IMG/VR virus record: IMGVR_UViG_3300021075_000003
Location: 2,212-66,211 of that record
Source of the DNA: a virus
Taxonomy: Duplodnaviria; Caudoviricetes
Length of the DNA stretch: 64,000 bases
Strand: one strand, 5' to 3'
The position numbers and the translations under genes were made by a program. This document shows, piece after piece, positions 28,156-38,974 of the stretch; within the stretch, counting starts at the first letter, position 1; the number at the start of each line of letters is the position of its first letter. The notes under the pieces were generated by a model. That model was not told the DNA's origin, made no database searches, and saw only the letters and a program-made list of their open reading frames with translations.

Positions 28156-28831
28156 CGCACGACGAGCACCGGCACCGCCGCCTGAAGAAGTTGAAATACT
28201 GCCACAGGTAGAGAACGAGCAACAGGCAATGGCGCGTAGGCTGTCGATGGCGTTTAACCGCGAGACAGCTTTACGACAGATGCGCTTATGCGACGAGGAA
28301 TGCGAGCCCATCAGCGCTAAACAAGAGAAGTGGATGTCAGCGGCCAGAGAGCTGCTAGCTTTGGGGATTACTGAGCCAGAGCGATTCGTGCATTCGGCGT
28401 TTGTCAACTCAATAGAGATGGACGCCACACTATTGCATGGACCACAAGCTAATTCGTTTAACGGTGCGAAGGGGCTAACTGCGCTAGTTAATAACTATAA
28501 GAAGTTCTGCCAACGAGCAGATGCGGCGTTAGAGGCCGCCTGGCAGGCAGAGGCTAGGCAGTTTCAACTTACCGTAGCCAGCATGCGACACGAGCTTCCT
28601 AAGGCTAGTGTGAAGCGCATATGGCGGTGCGCGTTCAACTCAGTATGGCGCGCACAGCTATCGCCACTGTTTGTATACTGTGTTGCATACTCAGAAGATT
28701 TAGAAGACATCTGTCACGAAGTACAACATGAGGCAGTACAGCAGTTAATTTGTGACCCTTATGGGTATGCGCGTGTCTGGAAAAACCGGATACCTCAGCA
28801 TTTTATAGATATGGCTTTAAGTAAACTGTAG
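28142..28831 (+). CDS. hypothetical protein upstream of DnaB
   Basis: GTG with GAGG SD inside the track ORF 28010-28831. Confidence 0.6.
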   Translation: MATYNARRAPAPPPEEVEILPQVENEQQAMARRLSMAFNRETALRQMRLCDEECEPISAKQEKWMSAARELLALGITEPERFVHSAFVNSIEMDATLLHGPQANSFNGAKGLTALVNNYKKFCQRADAALEAAWQAEARQFQLTVASMRHELPKASVKRIWRCAFNSVWRAQLSPLFVYCVAYSEDLEDICHEVQHEAVQQLICDPYGYARVWKNRIPQHFIDMALSKL

Positions 28832-28840
28832 GAGACAACA

Positions 28841-30469
28841 ATGGCCGACATGGACTATGCCAATCAAGAAGTAACTAACTTCACGATTGAGTTTACGCTC
28901 CAACACATCGCACGTTGCGAGAGAGTGTTTCAGGCAGCACGCACACACCTGAAGCCAGAACATTTCTCGAAGCCAGGAGAGTCGACCTACAGAATTATCT
29001 GGTCGGCTATTCTGGATCATTACGACAAGCACCAGGAACTGCCGAACTACAACGTGCTGTCCATGCGCGTGCTAACAGCGGTAACTAACTCTCCGCTTGT
29101 ACTGCCAGCGCTACGCGATGAAGCGGCTGCTACGGCAGACGCTATTCTGCGTTACATGTACACTGTGGACCCGGAGAATGAACTAGAGCCGAACTCTGCT
29201 CTAGAGACTCTACGCGAGATACTAATTGATCGCGAGACCGGTGATGCTATACGTGCAGCGGTACTCAACGCGGGCGGCAAGCATATCCATGACCTGCCGA
29301 AGCTACTTGCGGTACAGCAGCAGAAGATTGAAACGATTACGGCTATAGGCCGTGAAGCGGAAGATGACACCACAATGCCAGCTAACTGGGACGAGGTTGC
29401 GAGACCCAGGTGGCCAACAGGTGTAACGTTTGTTGATCGCATCATGGAGGGCGGAAGTGAAGCGTGTGATTGTAATGTAGTACTAGGTCCTTCAGGCGGC
29501 GGAAAAACTACGCTGCAGATGCAACTAGCTTGCTCTATAGCAGAACTACAGAGTTTGTATGAGCAACCAGATAGCGTAATAGCTCCTGGGCTAGCAGTCT
29601 TCATAGGATACGAAGACAACAAGCGAATGCAGCAAATTCGCGCTGGCTCGTGTGCTGCTAAGGTGCTTAAGGATCGTTTGAAGAATAGGATTATGGCCGG
29701 CGGTAAGCTCAGTACCGAAGGCAACCTGCAACAGTATGAACAACTGATGTATGCTGGCTTGAAGTCAGGCATGCCGCGCCCTGGCGAATCTGAGCGCTTA
29801 GAGATGGCTCGACCGTGGATGAACAAGTACCTAGTGCTTGTCGATCATAATGATCCTAAGAGCGGAGGGCGTGGCGGTATCGGAGAGATCAGGCAGAAGC
29901 TAACAGCTATCCAGCAGAAACGCGGATTGCCGATCAAAGCCGTATTCATCGACTGGGCTGGTGAGCTAGTAGACAACTGGTTACTAGCAACAAATGCCAA
30001 GGGGGTTGAAGGATCACAGCGCGCGCTTGAGCTGGCTGGTCTTATCAGACGGTGTAAGAGTGAGCTTGCTATACCCTTTCAGACAACTGTGTGGGTATCG
30101 CATCAGATGGCTGGCCGCTTTACAAGCGCACCTCCTGCGCGTAGGCCACACCATAATGAGGCAGAATGGTGTACTTCCTTTGCTAATAACGCATGGTATG
30201 CTTTCTGCCTTGGAACCAAAGATGAGGAGCACAGTGTATGCCAATTCGTGGCGACTAAGACTAGACACGGTGAAGCTGGTCCTCCTACAATTCTGCGCGT
30301 TAATGGCGCATTCTGTAGACTGGACGATGTGTCAGATAAGTTTAAGCCAGACCATGCAGGTATGCGCTTGTTGCCTAAAGAAGATGTAGACCGTGTTCAA
30401 GTAGCGGCAGCGCCGGTACGCAAATCCGGCAGAGCTAAGCTATTTGATGAACTAGAAGATCAAACATGA
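28841..30469 (+). CDS. dnaB: replicative DNA helicase (DnaB-like)
   Basis: GPSGGGKTT, YED, FIDW, SHQ, KTRHG. Confidence 0.85.
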   Translation: MADMDYANQEVTNFTIEFTLQHIARCERVFQAARTHLKPEHFSKPGESTYRIIWSAILDHYDKHQELPNYNVLSMRVLTAVTNSPLVLPALRDEAAATADAILRYMYTVDPENELEPNSALETLREILIDRETGDAIRAAVLNAGGKHIHDLPKLLAVQQQKIETITAIGREAEDDTTMPANWDEVARPRWPTGVTFVDRIMEGGSEACDCNVVLGPSGGGKTTLQMQLACSIAELQSLYEQPDSVIAPGLAVFIGYEDNKRMQQIRAGSCAAKVLKDRLKNRIMAGGKLSTEGNLQQYEQLMYAGLKSGMPRPGESERLEMARPWMNKYLVLVDHNDPKSGGRGGIGEIRQKLTAIQQKRGLPIKAVFIDWAGELVDNWLLATNAKGVEGSQRALELAGLIRRCKSELAIPFQTTVWVSHQMAGRFTSAPPARRPHHNEAEWCTSFANNAWYAFCLGTKDEEHSVCQFVATKTRHGEAGPPTILRVNGAFCRLDDVSDKFKPDHAGMRLLPKEDVDRVQVAAAPVRKSGRAKLFDELEDQT

Positions 30470-31563
30470 ACGACTCAGTAGCGCTGCGCACGTCCTTCGA
30501 GATCAATGTTTTGAATCCGGCGCTGTATATTGCTTTACAGCGACGCTTCCATGACGTGAAGATTGCTAAACCTGGCGTGCCGCTGGTTGGCGGCGCTTAC
30601 GTGCAGTCAGGTTCAAGAGTTAAATTTATAGCCACGGACGACGGAGAATACTATCAGGTCTGTTGTCCTTTCTGCGCTGAAGATCGCTATAGGTTGTGGA
30701 TCAATCATAGATGGGGCGCCGGCCTAGATGTAAATCACCCTGCATATGATTCATCAGATCGCTTCTGGTGGAGTTGCCACTGTTTTAATAATGGCTGCAT
30801 GGCTAACCCGGAGAACGTAGCACAGCTGCGAACCTGGACTTATGGCGGTATAGGGCGCGAGCTACACGTTAAGCGCCCAACAATTAATGCAGGGTTTTCT
30901 GCACCAGCTGCACTAAACCATGTGGAGCTACCAGGAACCTGTGTTGGCCTTGATGACCTGCCAAGTCATCACATTGCGTGTACGTACTTGAAGGAACGCG
31001 GATATGACCCACACTGGTTAGGAGCGGCCTTTGGCTTACATTACTGTGAGGAGGCACCACCAGAGTATCCGATGACCAACGGGCGCATAATCATACCTAT
31101 CATCATGAATGGCGATCTGGTTGGATGGCAGTCTCGTCCGCCGTATGAATGTGATTGGAAGGCAATGCACACACCTAAGTATTACAACTTGCCTAACATG
31201 AGCCGTTCCTTGATGTTATACGGCTATGACTTTGCCAAACAATATCCGATATGTATTGTCACTGAGGGTGTCACTAATGTGTGGACACTGGGTGATGGTG
31301 CAGTAGCTACCTTTGGCAAGTCTATGTCATTTCAACAGGCCGAGATGATCAAGCACAGCTGGAAGGCTGCTGTAGTAGCATATGATAGCGATGCTATCAA
31401 AGAGAGCCCAGCTGTCGCGATGATGCTAGAAAGTCCTGACTTTCCTGTTGTACGCGTGCAGTTACCCGAGGGCGAGGACCCGGCCAGCATTGGCTATGAC
31501 CGGTTTATGAATCTAATGTACGACACTGCACACAAGGCCAACATAACACTACCAGAATGCTAG
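30466..31563 (+). CDS. dnaG: DNA primase (Zn finger plus TOPRIM)
   Basis: CPFC...CFNNGC, RIIIPI, PKYY, TEGV, YDSDA, GEDP. Confidence 0.85.
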   Translation: MNDSVALRTSFEINVLNPALYIALQRRFHDVKIAKPGVPLVGGAYVQSGSRVKFIATDDGEYYQVCCPFCAEDRYRLWINHRWGAGLDVNHPAYDSSDRFWWSCHCFNNGCMANPENVAQLRTWTYGGIGRELHVKRPTINAGFSAPAALNHVELPGTCVGLDDLPSHHIACTYLKERGYDPHWLGAAFGLHYCEEAPPEYPMTNGRIIIPIIMNGDLVGWQSRPPYECDWKAMHTPKYYNLPNMSRSLMLYGYDFAKQYPICIVTEGVTNVWTLGDGAVATFGKSMSFQQAEMIKHSWKAAVVAYDSDAIKESPAVAMMLESPDFPVVRVQLPEGEDPASIGYDRFMNLMYDTAHKANITLPEC

Positions 31564-34136
31564 ACCTTAAGGATGCTGATTATGCCGCTATATTTCGCGG
31601 CGATCCAAACAATGTACGGGCACAGCGATATCCGATGTACCCGTTATTGTCGCCCGGTATGCCGCCAGCCGGACCAGACTTCATAGACCATGCTCTGGCT
31701 ATAGATGGCAACGCTCCGATACAAGTGGAGGGTAAAGGCAAAGATAAGCACATTGTAAGTATTAGCGATACACTTCATCGACTATACCTGCGTGCGCTAT
31801 ACGACAAAGACTTCAGCCCGCCAATTAAGAACAAAGGGCGCGTTGAGAGTGTCAAGATTGTACTAGGGCATATCTGGGCTGATGAGGCTGACGGTCCTAA
31901 GTACTTGCCGGACGCAGTGCTGAACGGCAAGCCGCGCGTGATGATAATAGGCAAGATGCCCACGTCGGAAGAAGTATCGCTTGGACGCAATTTCACTGGC
32001 CCATCAGGTGAGTATCTACGCGAGTCTTTGATACATTGCGGAGTACCTGAAGACCAGCTAGCCGACTGGTACGTGTGTAACCTCATACGTTGGCCAATGC
32101 CATCTTCGATGACCGGTGCTGTGCCTGCGGCATGGATTAAAGACTGTTTACCTTTGATCCACCAAGAGATGCGCCTCTATAAACCAGACTATGTACTATG
32201 TCTGGGCGCCGAAGCCACCAAGGCTGTATGCGGTAAAGAGTACTCGGTCAATAATATGATCGGGCGCTTTATTACTAAACAAGAGCCCTGCTATGAAGTT
32301 GGAGAGCCTGAAATTCATCACGAGATGAAAATCATGGCCATTACACATCCAGCAGCGGTGCTGCGTACTACAGAGTTGCATCAGCAGTACGAAGCTACAT
32401 TGCGTAATTTCGTAGAGCTAATCAAGGGTAATAACTTCGCCGTATCTTCTGACAAGAGCGTACAGTGGTCGGCCATCTACAAAGAGCGCGATCTTGCCGA
32501 GTATGTGGATTTCTTACTAAGCAAGAAGGGCATTAAGACGATTGCGCTAGACTGCGAATGGCACGGCAATCACCCTAACGAGCCTAACTCGTATTTGCGC
32601 ACTGTGCAGCTAAGCGCCGACGGTAAGTTTGCAGCAGTGATAGTCATGCGGCATCAGGGAGGTGCGCCGGCCTTTGCTCCGTCACTGGCCGGAGCTATAC
32701 GTCAACTCAATCGTTTGCTGGATCGCGATGATGTGCAGATGATTGGTAGCTTTATAGCCGCTGACTTGCCGTGGCTTATGCTGAACGGTGTTAATATCCG
32801 TAAGCGCATTAGCGTACCGGAGAGTTTTGAACAGTTCCAAGGTGGCGATTATCCTGGCGTGTTCGACGTAGCGCTGGCACATCACGCCACTAATGAAACT
32901 GGCGACTATAAGCTAGAAGTGATGGGATCTAGGCTGTGCGGTACTGATCGTTGGGATGTCGAGCTACAGCAATGGAAGCATCGGTACTGCGCAGAGCACA
33001 AGATTAAGGCAGAAGAACTTGGCGGATATGGTGAGTGTCCTAAAGAGATACTCTTCCCGTATAGCGCTAAAGATGCCGCGATAACGTGGAGGCTGGCAGA
33101 GCTGCACAAGAAGCAGTTATTGAATGCAGATCAGTTTGGCAATGAATGCTGGCATGCATGTCATACCTCCATGATGGCGCTGCCTGCTTTTAATGAGATG
33201 GGCGTAGAGGGCGTTAAAGTTGATCCAGAGCGCATTGACGCGCTAACAGATCTATTCAGCTCTGCTGCTGTTGCTAAGATCAAGGCGCTGCGCACTGCAA
33301 TCAACTGGCCAACTTTTAACCCTAGAAGTAATCAGCAGTGCGTAGAGTTTCTGTTTGGTGAGGCATACTCCACCAAATTCGATAAAGAGACTGGCGAGCG
33401 GTGTCGCGTTAGACCGGCTGGCGCTATGTCGTTGAAGCTAACGCCTGTTAAGAGTACGGCCGGCAAGTCGTGGGCCCAGGTTGAAGCTAAGGGCGAAATG
33501 GATAAGTACAGCCCATGCACTGATAAAGAAACCTGCGGTATATTGGGCGCTCGCCATCCATTGGCGATGACACTTCGAGACATTCGATTAATCGATCAGG
33601 TCACTAAGAGTGTTTTCAGTATGCCCAAGGCTAAAGACGGCAAGCTACTCATGAAGTACGGGCGAAGAGTGTATAGCGGCGGACTAGGCAAGTATGTCGG
33701 TCAAGATTGCCGCGTGAGAAGCACGTTCGTACAGGTTAAGGAAACAGGTCGAGCCAGTAGTGCGCGACCCAACCTTCAAGCGCTCAGCGCTCGTAGAGAA
33801 GATGACTACCGGCGCATACTGGGGGATAAGTACACATTCCCAATCAGATCCTGTATTACCAGTAATACAGACTGCGAGTATGGTGAAGAGACACTTCTGG
33901 TAGAAGCCGACTTCAAAGGCGCAGAGCTAATGCTAATGGCAGTGCTCACCAGAGACGATACGATGCTAGACCATTGCGCCAGGGCTAACCTGCCAGAGAG
34001 TGATACTAACTACTATGACATGCATAGTCGAGTAGCTGTGCGCGCTTTCAGGTTAGATTGCGCTCCAACTAAGAGTGGCTTAAAGAGCATAGGTAAAGGT
34101 GGCCTTAGGGTGGCTGCTAAGGGAATTCTATTCGGT
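31557..34136 (+). CDS. polA: DNA polymerase family A, exon 1 (UDG-like domain, 3'-5' exonuclease, pol motif A)
   Basis: family-4 UDG-like GKMP..EE...FTGPSG and ITHPAAVLR; ALDCEW exonuclease; TGRASS.PNLQ; ADFKGAEL; ends inside motif B R.AAKGILFG. Confidence 0.92.
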
Positions 34137-34173
34137 CAATTTGAAAATTGGCCCAGAAAATTATCTCCAAACA

Positions 34174-34202
34174 TTGACAGCTTAGCGGCATAACGCTATA
34201 AT
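34174..34202 (+). promoter_or_regulatory. consensus sigma70 promoter inside the intron
   Basis: TTGACA-17 nt-TATAAT, then AGGAG SD and ATG 34223. Confidence 0.8.
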
Positions 34203-34222
34203 GTATATTTTAGGAGATAATT

Positions 34223-34993
34223 ATGTCAGAAAATGCTTGTAGATGTTGCAGTAAAATATTGCCAGAAAGTAGCCGACGCATATATTGTAATAATTATTGT
34301 AAAGGTAAATATTACATCAGCCAGCTGCCAAAGCGCGAATGTCATCATTGTAAAGTGTTATTTGCGCCAACTAGACGAGATCAATCTTATTGTTGTGTTA
34401 GTTGCGGCTTAAACGCTACATTAACACAACGTGATATTGAATGTATACGTTGTCATAAAAAGTTTATACATCGTGGCAGAGGTTGGCGTAAATATTGCAA
34501 AGAATGTAAGCCTATAGTAGCACGTTTGCGTTGCTATATGCATGATGTGAAAACTGGTGTAATCAAAAATCCAGGAGTTGGTAGCGGAGGCGCACAATTA
34601 GGCGAAGCTAATCATCAATGGAAAGGCGATAAACGTATACGTGAGAAATATGCTCACGGTTATCGCGAAACATGTTATGCTGTTTGGGAAAAGCAATGTG
34701 CAATAAATGTGCCACAATGTACTGGTAGAGTAGTGGTACATCATATTGATGGCAATAAAATGAATATTGCTTTAGATAATTTGATACCTTTATGTGATTT
34801 ACATCATAGACGTACACATGCATCTATTGTGCCCACAGCAGAACAATTAGAACAAGCATTACTGAAAATCTGGCCCGAAGGCCGAATTAAAATCGCGGAG
34901 AAAATCGGGGAAGCCTGCCAACGGGTAATCCGAGGTGAAGGTCAGCAGCAAAATGCTGACCAGCCGCAACGACTAGAGAATGAACCTTCGTAA
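34223..34993 (+). CDS. intron-encoded HNH endonuclease with tandem Zn-finger repeats
   Basis: multiple CxxC..YC motifs; VVHHIDGNKMN...NLIPLCDLHH. Confidence 0.9.
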   Translation: MSENACRCCSKILPESSRRIYCNNYCKGKYYISQLPKRECHHCKVLFAPTRRDQSYCCVSCGLNATLTQRDIECIRCHKKFIHRGRGWRKYCKECKPIVARLRCYMHDVKTGVIKNPGVGSGGAQLGEANHQWKGDKRIREKYAHGYRETCYAVWEKQCAINVPQCTGRVVVHHIDGNKMNIALDNLIPLCDLHHRRTHASIVPTAEQLEQALLKIWPEGRIKIAEKIGEACQRVIRGEGQQQNADQPQRLENEPS

Positions 34994-35130
34994 GAAGAAA
35001 ATAAGTTCTCCAAGAGGCCGCGACACCATTAGGTGAAAAGATAGTCTGGACTGCAACATATTGGATTTTGTTTTATTAACAATTTTGAGTTGCAGAAGTT
35101 TCGGATAAAGAGCCGAGACGATAACAAACG

Positions 35131-35733
35131 CTAGAGTATGGACAATCCGCAGAGTCAGCTGCACGCAAGTGCGGAGAAGAAGGCGTTACTGTGACGACAC
35201 AGGAAGCGCAGAACGTTATCAATGCTATATTTGAAACGTATCCCGGAATACCCACATTGCAGGATGCGCTTAGAGCTAGAGCGCATAGTCCAGGCTGGAT
35301 CAGGAACTACTATGGCCGTATGCGCAGATGCATAGCATCTAGCGATAGAGGAGCTATGGGCGAACTAGAGCGACAGTTCCTGAACTTTTTGCTGCAGTCA
35401 CAAGTGGCTGACGCCACCAGCATTGCGTTGTATCACCTATACAATCATCCAAATAAAGCAGACCTAGGGTACAAGATAGTGCTTCAGCTTCATGACGCGA
35501 TAGTGTTGGAAGTACCGGCTAGGAGCTTGGATGAGGTCTACACGCGCATATTCCCAGAGTGCATGGTAGATGCAGTTAGCTTCAAGTCTTGCGATTTGTC
35601 TGGTGAGCCGTATGCGGATTCGCCACTGTATCATTTCGGAATAGATGTTAAAGCTTATACGCGCTGGGGCTTGCCGCTCACAGCCGCAGAATGCGATTCT
35701 TTTGGTATAGCGCCTAGCTACGCTAAGGCTTGA
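35131..35733 (+). CDS. polA: DNA polymerase family A, exon 2
   Basis: LEYG completes motif B; GRMR, NF..QS.VAD, motif C LQLHDAIV. Confidence 0.9.
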   Translation, partial: LEYGQSAESAARKCGEEGVTVTTQEAQNVINAIFETYPGIPTLQDALRARAHSPGWIRNYYGRMRRCIASSDRGAMGELERQFLNFLLQSQVADATSIALYHLYNHPNKADLGYKIVLQLHDAIVLEVPARSLDEVYTRIFPECMVDAVSFKSCDLSGEPYADSPLYHFGIDVKAYTRWGLPLTAAECDSFGIAPSYAKA

Positions 35734-35758
35734 TAAACAGTCGGATGTATGCGATAAT
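35730..35758 (+). promoter_or_regulatory. sigma70-like promoter
   Basis: TTGATA-17 nt-GATAAT with extended TG. Confidence 0.5.
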
Positions 35759-35823
35759 ACACCCTGCAGTTGGCTAATAGTCGACTTACTTACTTTCTTA
35801 CTTTTTTACTTAGGAGTCAATTA

Positions 35824-37098
35824 ATGGCAAGATCAGGCGCTGTTTCTACAGGACGCTATAAGATGGCCAGCGAAGGCCAGAGCACGCAGCACGGTTTAAT
35901 GGGGATGTATGTCCTCAAAGACAATCACGGCTGCCAGGTGTATCGCCCAACATGGAGCGGTACACGTACAATCATTCGCCCGTTTCCGGGACGCAATCCG
36001 GAAAATCTAAACGAGTGGGAGCCGTTCCGGCTATCCGATCAGCCTCGTGACTACGGTGACTGGATTCGTCGCTATGACATGGCCGTCTCGCTAGGCAATC
36101 CTGGCATCACGTTCATCGTCAAAGATCCGATGGATCACATGGCCGATAGCCAGCAGTGCCCGGTGTGGATGCTGCATCGTGCTATCACAAACGCGATCAA
36201 GGCTGGCACCGGCTTGCCGAGTTGGCCGCCGTTGACCATGGGCTCTGCTGGTCGTGGAGCGCAGCTGGATCGTCCTAAGGACGGTTACTTGATCCAGGGT
36301 ATTCTGATGGAGCACAAGTCGCTTGCGCAAGATCCTCCGCGTGGCTCGCAGGTGGATCATAAGCCTGTGGTGATGTTGCTAAGCCAGTCAGCCGGCAATG
36401 CCTTAATGGCCAAGCTGGAAGAGCGCAATCCTGACAACAGCTTCCGATACGAGAACCTGGTCGATCTTGATTCTGGTTTGTATATCCAGTTCCATCAGGC
36501 AGGTACGCAGAACCGTAACAATGCGCCCAGGACAATGAATACTGTTGGCGGCCGCCAGGCTGACAATATGAAGTATGAAGTTGAGATCCTGGAAGATTAC
36601 AGCGGCATCCTGCCCACCTTCCCAGGCATCCACGAGTTGGCACAGTCGCATGTGCGCGCTTGGGACGACATCATCCGTATCCCGACTTACGAGGAGCAAG
36701 TAGCGCTTCTCTGTAACGCCGGCTTACCTGAGTCTGCAATCGTCTACGCTCTGGGCGACGTCTACGGGGATATCATCCCGCAGCACATCCACGACAAGGC
36801 GCGTGAGGGAATGACCGGCGGACCTGCCGGTCCGGTTGTCGGTGCGGTGCGTAGCAATCCAATGCAGCGCCAAGCGCCGGCAATGACAACCACTAATCCC
36901 ATGCAGCGTCGCGCTCCTGCGCCGCCGCCAGAGGACGTGGAAGAAGTGCCTGAGCCTACTATGGCTCCTGTGGCCACCCAGGCTGCCACTACGGCGCCGT
37001 TCGACGCCCAGCCGACCCATGCGGCTCCAGAGCGCACTAAGGCTACCTCAGACGCCTTGGCGCGTGCGCGTAGTCGAGCGCTGCAGCCGAAGAAGTAA
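35824..37098 (+). CDS. probable single-stranded DNA-binding protein
   Basis: lies between polA and recA; TIIRPFP N-terminal strand; low-complexity tail; AGGAG SD; function inferred from context. Confidence 0.45.
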   Translation: MARSGAVSTGRYKMASEGQSTQHGLMGMYVLKDNHGCQVYRPTWSGTRTIIRPFPGRNPENLNEWEPFRLSDQPRDYGDWIRRYDMAVSLGNPGITFIVKDPMDHMADSQQCPVWMLHRAITNAIKAGTGLPSWPPLTMGSAGRGAQLDRPKDGYLIQGILMEHKSLAQDPPRGSQVDHKPVVMLLSQSAGNALMAKLEERNPDNSFRYENLVDLDSGLYIQFHQAGTQNRNNAPRTMNTVGGRQADNMKYEVEILEDYSGILPTFPGIHELAQSHVRAWDDIIRIPTYEEQVALLCNAGLPESAIVYALGDVYGDIIPQHIHDKAREGMTGGPAGPVVGAVRSNPMQRQAPAMTTTNPMQRRAPAPPPEDVEEVPEPTMAPVATQAATTAPFDAQPTHAAPERTKATSDALARARSRALQPKK

Positions 37099-37122
37099 TA
37101 CAGATTCGAGTAAGTTTAGCTG

Positions 37123-37154
37123 GCCCGGAGGGTAACCCCCTCCGGGTCTCTTTT
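37123..37154 (+). terminator. Rho-independent terminator
   Basis: cccggaggg / ccctccggg plus tctctttt. Confidence 0.75.
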
Positions 37155-37167
37155 GCATAGGGGCCAA

Positions 37168-38520
37168 ATGGCAAAACGTAAACCTAAGGTAGCGGAATTA
37201 GTCGAGACGTCAACTGGGCGTGCGACTGTAGATGATTTCTTTGCACGGGTAGTGCAGAATGTGCATACCAAGTGGCAAAAGAAAGGAATACTGGTCGGGC
37301 ATAATCCGCAAATTTCGGTGTTGCCTGTACCAGCCTTTATAGTCAGATATCTACTACAGAATGAGGGGTTGCCGTTGAGCTGCTGTTACCAAGCAGTAGG
37401 CGAGCAAGCTTCTTATAAGTCAACATTCGCTGCCGAGGTGATGCGTTGGCATGCTATTTGCGGAGGTAAGGGTATTCTGCTAGAGGCAGAGACTAAACCA
37501 ACTGCGGATTTGCGTAACAGCGTGCTGAACTGGGACATAGACGCGATACACGTGGAAGACTGCGAAATGCAGGAACACTGGCAAGACAAGTGTACGGACT
37601 TAACTAACCAGATTCAAAAGCTTGCAGAGCAAAGCGCTGGACCTGGACGTACGCAGCCATACTGCATTGTAGTTGACTCGCTGACAGGTAAAGCCAGCAA
37701 GAAGACGATTGAGAATATTGACGAAGTCGGACATGCCGCTATGCACTTTCCAGTAGAGGCTAAGAATATTGCCGACTACATGCGCGCCTATCCGCAAAAG
37801 CTGCTCGGCTGGCCTTGGACTTTCTTAGGCGTAAACCACTGTAAACCGTCATTAGACGAACGTGGTAATATCGTTTACAACATACCTGGCGGTTATGCGC
37901 TAAAGTTCCAATGCGCTGCTATTTTCGAGTTAGCGCGCCTTGGGCAGATTAAGGAGTACAGCAACTATAAGGCTGCTACGATATCACTCAACACGCTCAA
38001 GAATTCATACGGGCCAGATCGTATTCGTATCCAGGTGCGTTTCAAGACGTGGCTCGTTGAAGAAGAGCAGGGCATTAATCGCCTGCACAGTAGGTTCGAG
38101 TGGTGGGAAGCCGGGATTCTTCTCCTCGCAGAGGGCGCTGGCCTTTCTAAAGCCCGTGCGGCGTCGCTACTTCCTAAGCTCAAGGAGGTCTGTGATGTTA
38201 AGACTAAGGCAGGTGGCAGCACTGGGAAGCTTTACCACTCCAATAGGTTGGAGGTTTCGGCCGCTTCCGCAATGTCTGCACACGAGCTTGGTGTCCTTCT
38301 TGAAACAAAACCAGAGGTTCTTGCTGACATCTATCAAGTCTTGGGTATCCAAAGGCGCCCCTTCTTCCGACCCGGGGTGGATTTTATGAGCCAGCTGGAA
38401 GAGAACGCTCACGTGACAGCTCAAGCAGACGCGGCAGATGATGCTGTGCGTCGTATGGCCGCGCTACAGCGTCCAACGTTTTACACTAAAGCTACGGAGC
38501 TAGCAGAAGAAGATGAATAA
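37168..38520 (+). CDS. recA: RecA/UvsX-like recombinase
   Basis: Walker A-like GEQASYKST, EAE, IVVDSL, GVNH, PGGYALKF, KN. Confidence 0.8.
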   Translation: MAKRKPKVAELVETSTGRATVDDFFARVVQNVHTKWQKKGILVGHNPQISVLPVPAFIVRYLLQNEGLPLSCCYQAVGEQASYKSTFAAEVMRWHAICGGKGILLEAETKPTADLRNSVLNWDIDAIHVEDCEMQEHWQDKCTDLTNQIQKLAEQSAGPGRTQPYCIVVDSLTGKASKKTIENIDEVGHAAMHFPVEAKNIADYMRAYPQKLLGWPWTFLGVNHCKPSLDERGNIVYNIPGGYALKFQCAAIFELARLGQIKEYSNYKAATISLNTLKNSYGPDRIRIQVRFKTWLVEEEQGINRLHSRFEWWEAGILLLAEGAGLSKARAASLLPKLKEVCDVKTKAGGSTGKLYHSNRLEVSAASAMSAHELGVLLETKPEVLADIYQVLGIQRRPFFRPGVDFMSQLEENAHVTAQADAADDAVRRMAALQRPTFYTKATELAEEDE

Positions 38521-38974
38521 TGCGGCAATGGATGCATTCTTTGCAGCGCGCTCTACTGGACAACCAACAGTAGAGCGTGCGGCGGTAAAGAAGATTCTCA
38601 CAGTTTGCGGAGTGAAGCACAGCACTGTAAACACATTTGCTGGTCTTCTAGATATAAACTTTCCTATGCGGCTTGTCTCCGCCAACTTAAATAGGAATGA
38701 AATACGCAGCACTGTTAATGATCTGATGCGCCGACCAACTAAAGCTGGCGCATACAATGCGTACGAAGATGCACTTGCAGCGTTCCCAGATACAGTTGGG
38801 TCATTAGGTGTAGTGTATTCGTGGCTAGGCTCAATTATGGTATTTCATGACCTGGAGCTGTGTAACAACCTCGGCGCATTCGGGGTGTTTGTTAAGATCA
38901 AAGACAAGCAGTTCTTTCTGGAACGTTTAACTAATTTAGCCGCTAAAATAGGTCCGGCCGCTGACTGGGTATGA
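38513..38974 (+). CDS. hypothetical protein
   Basis: coupled ORF. Confidence 0.55.
   Translation: MNNAAMDAFFAARSTGQPTVERAAVKKILTVCGVKHSTVNTFAGLLDINFPMRLVSANLNRNEIRSTVNDLMRRPTKAGAYNAYEDALAAFPDTVGSLGVVYSWLGSIMVFHDLELCNNLGAFGVFVKIKDKQFFLERLTNLAAKIGPAADWV

Larger units (their letters stand above)
34137..35130 (+). mobile_element. group I intron
   Basis: P1 ggtcaatt-tgaa-aattggcc with U.G at the splice site; P7 gacta / tagtc; terminal G at 35130; splicing restores AKGILFG-LEYG. Confidence 0.9.

Noticed and set aside
34137-34193. C-terminal extension QFENWPRKLSPNIDSLAA of the 878-aa PolA ORF, and a separate 180-aa gene at 35191
   Set aside because: These are read-through into the intron and exon 2 of the same spliced gene
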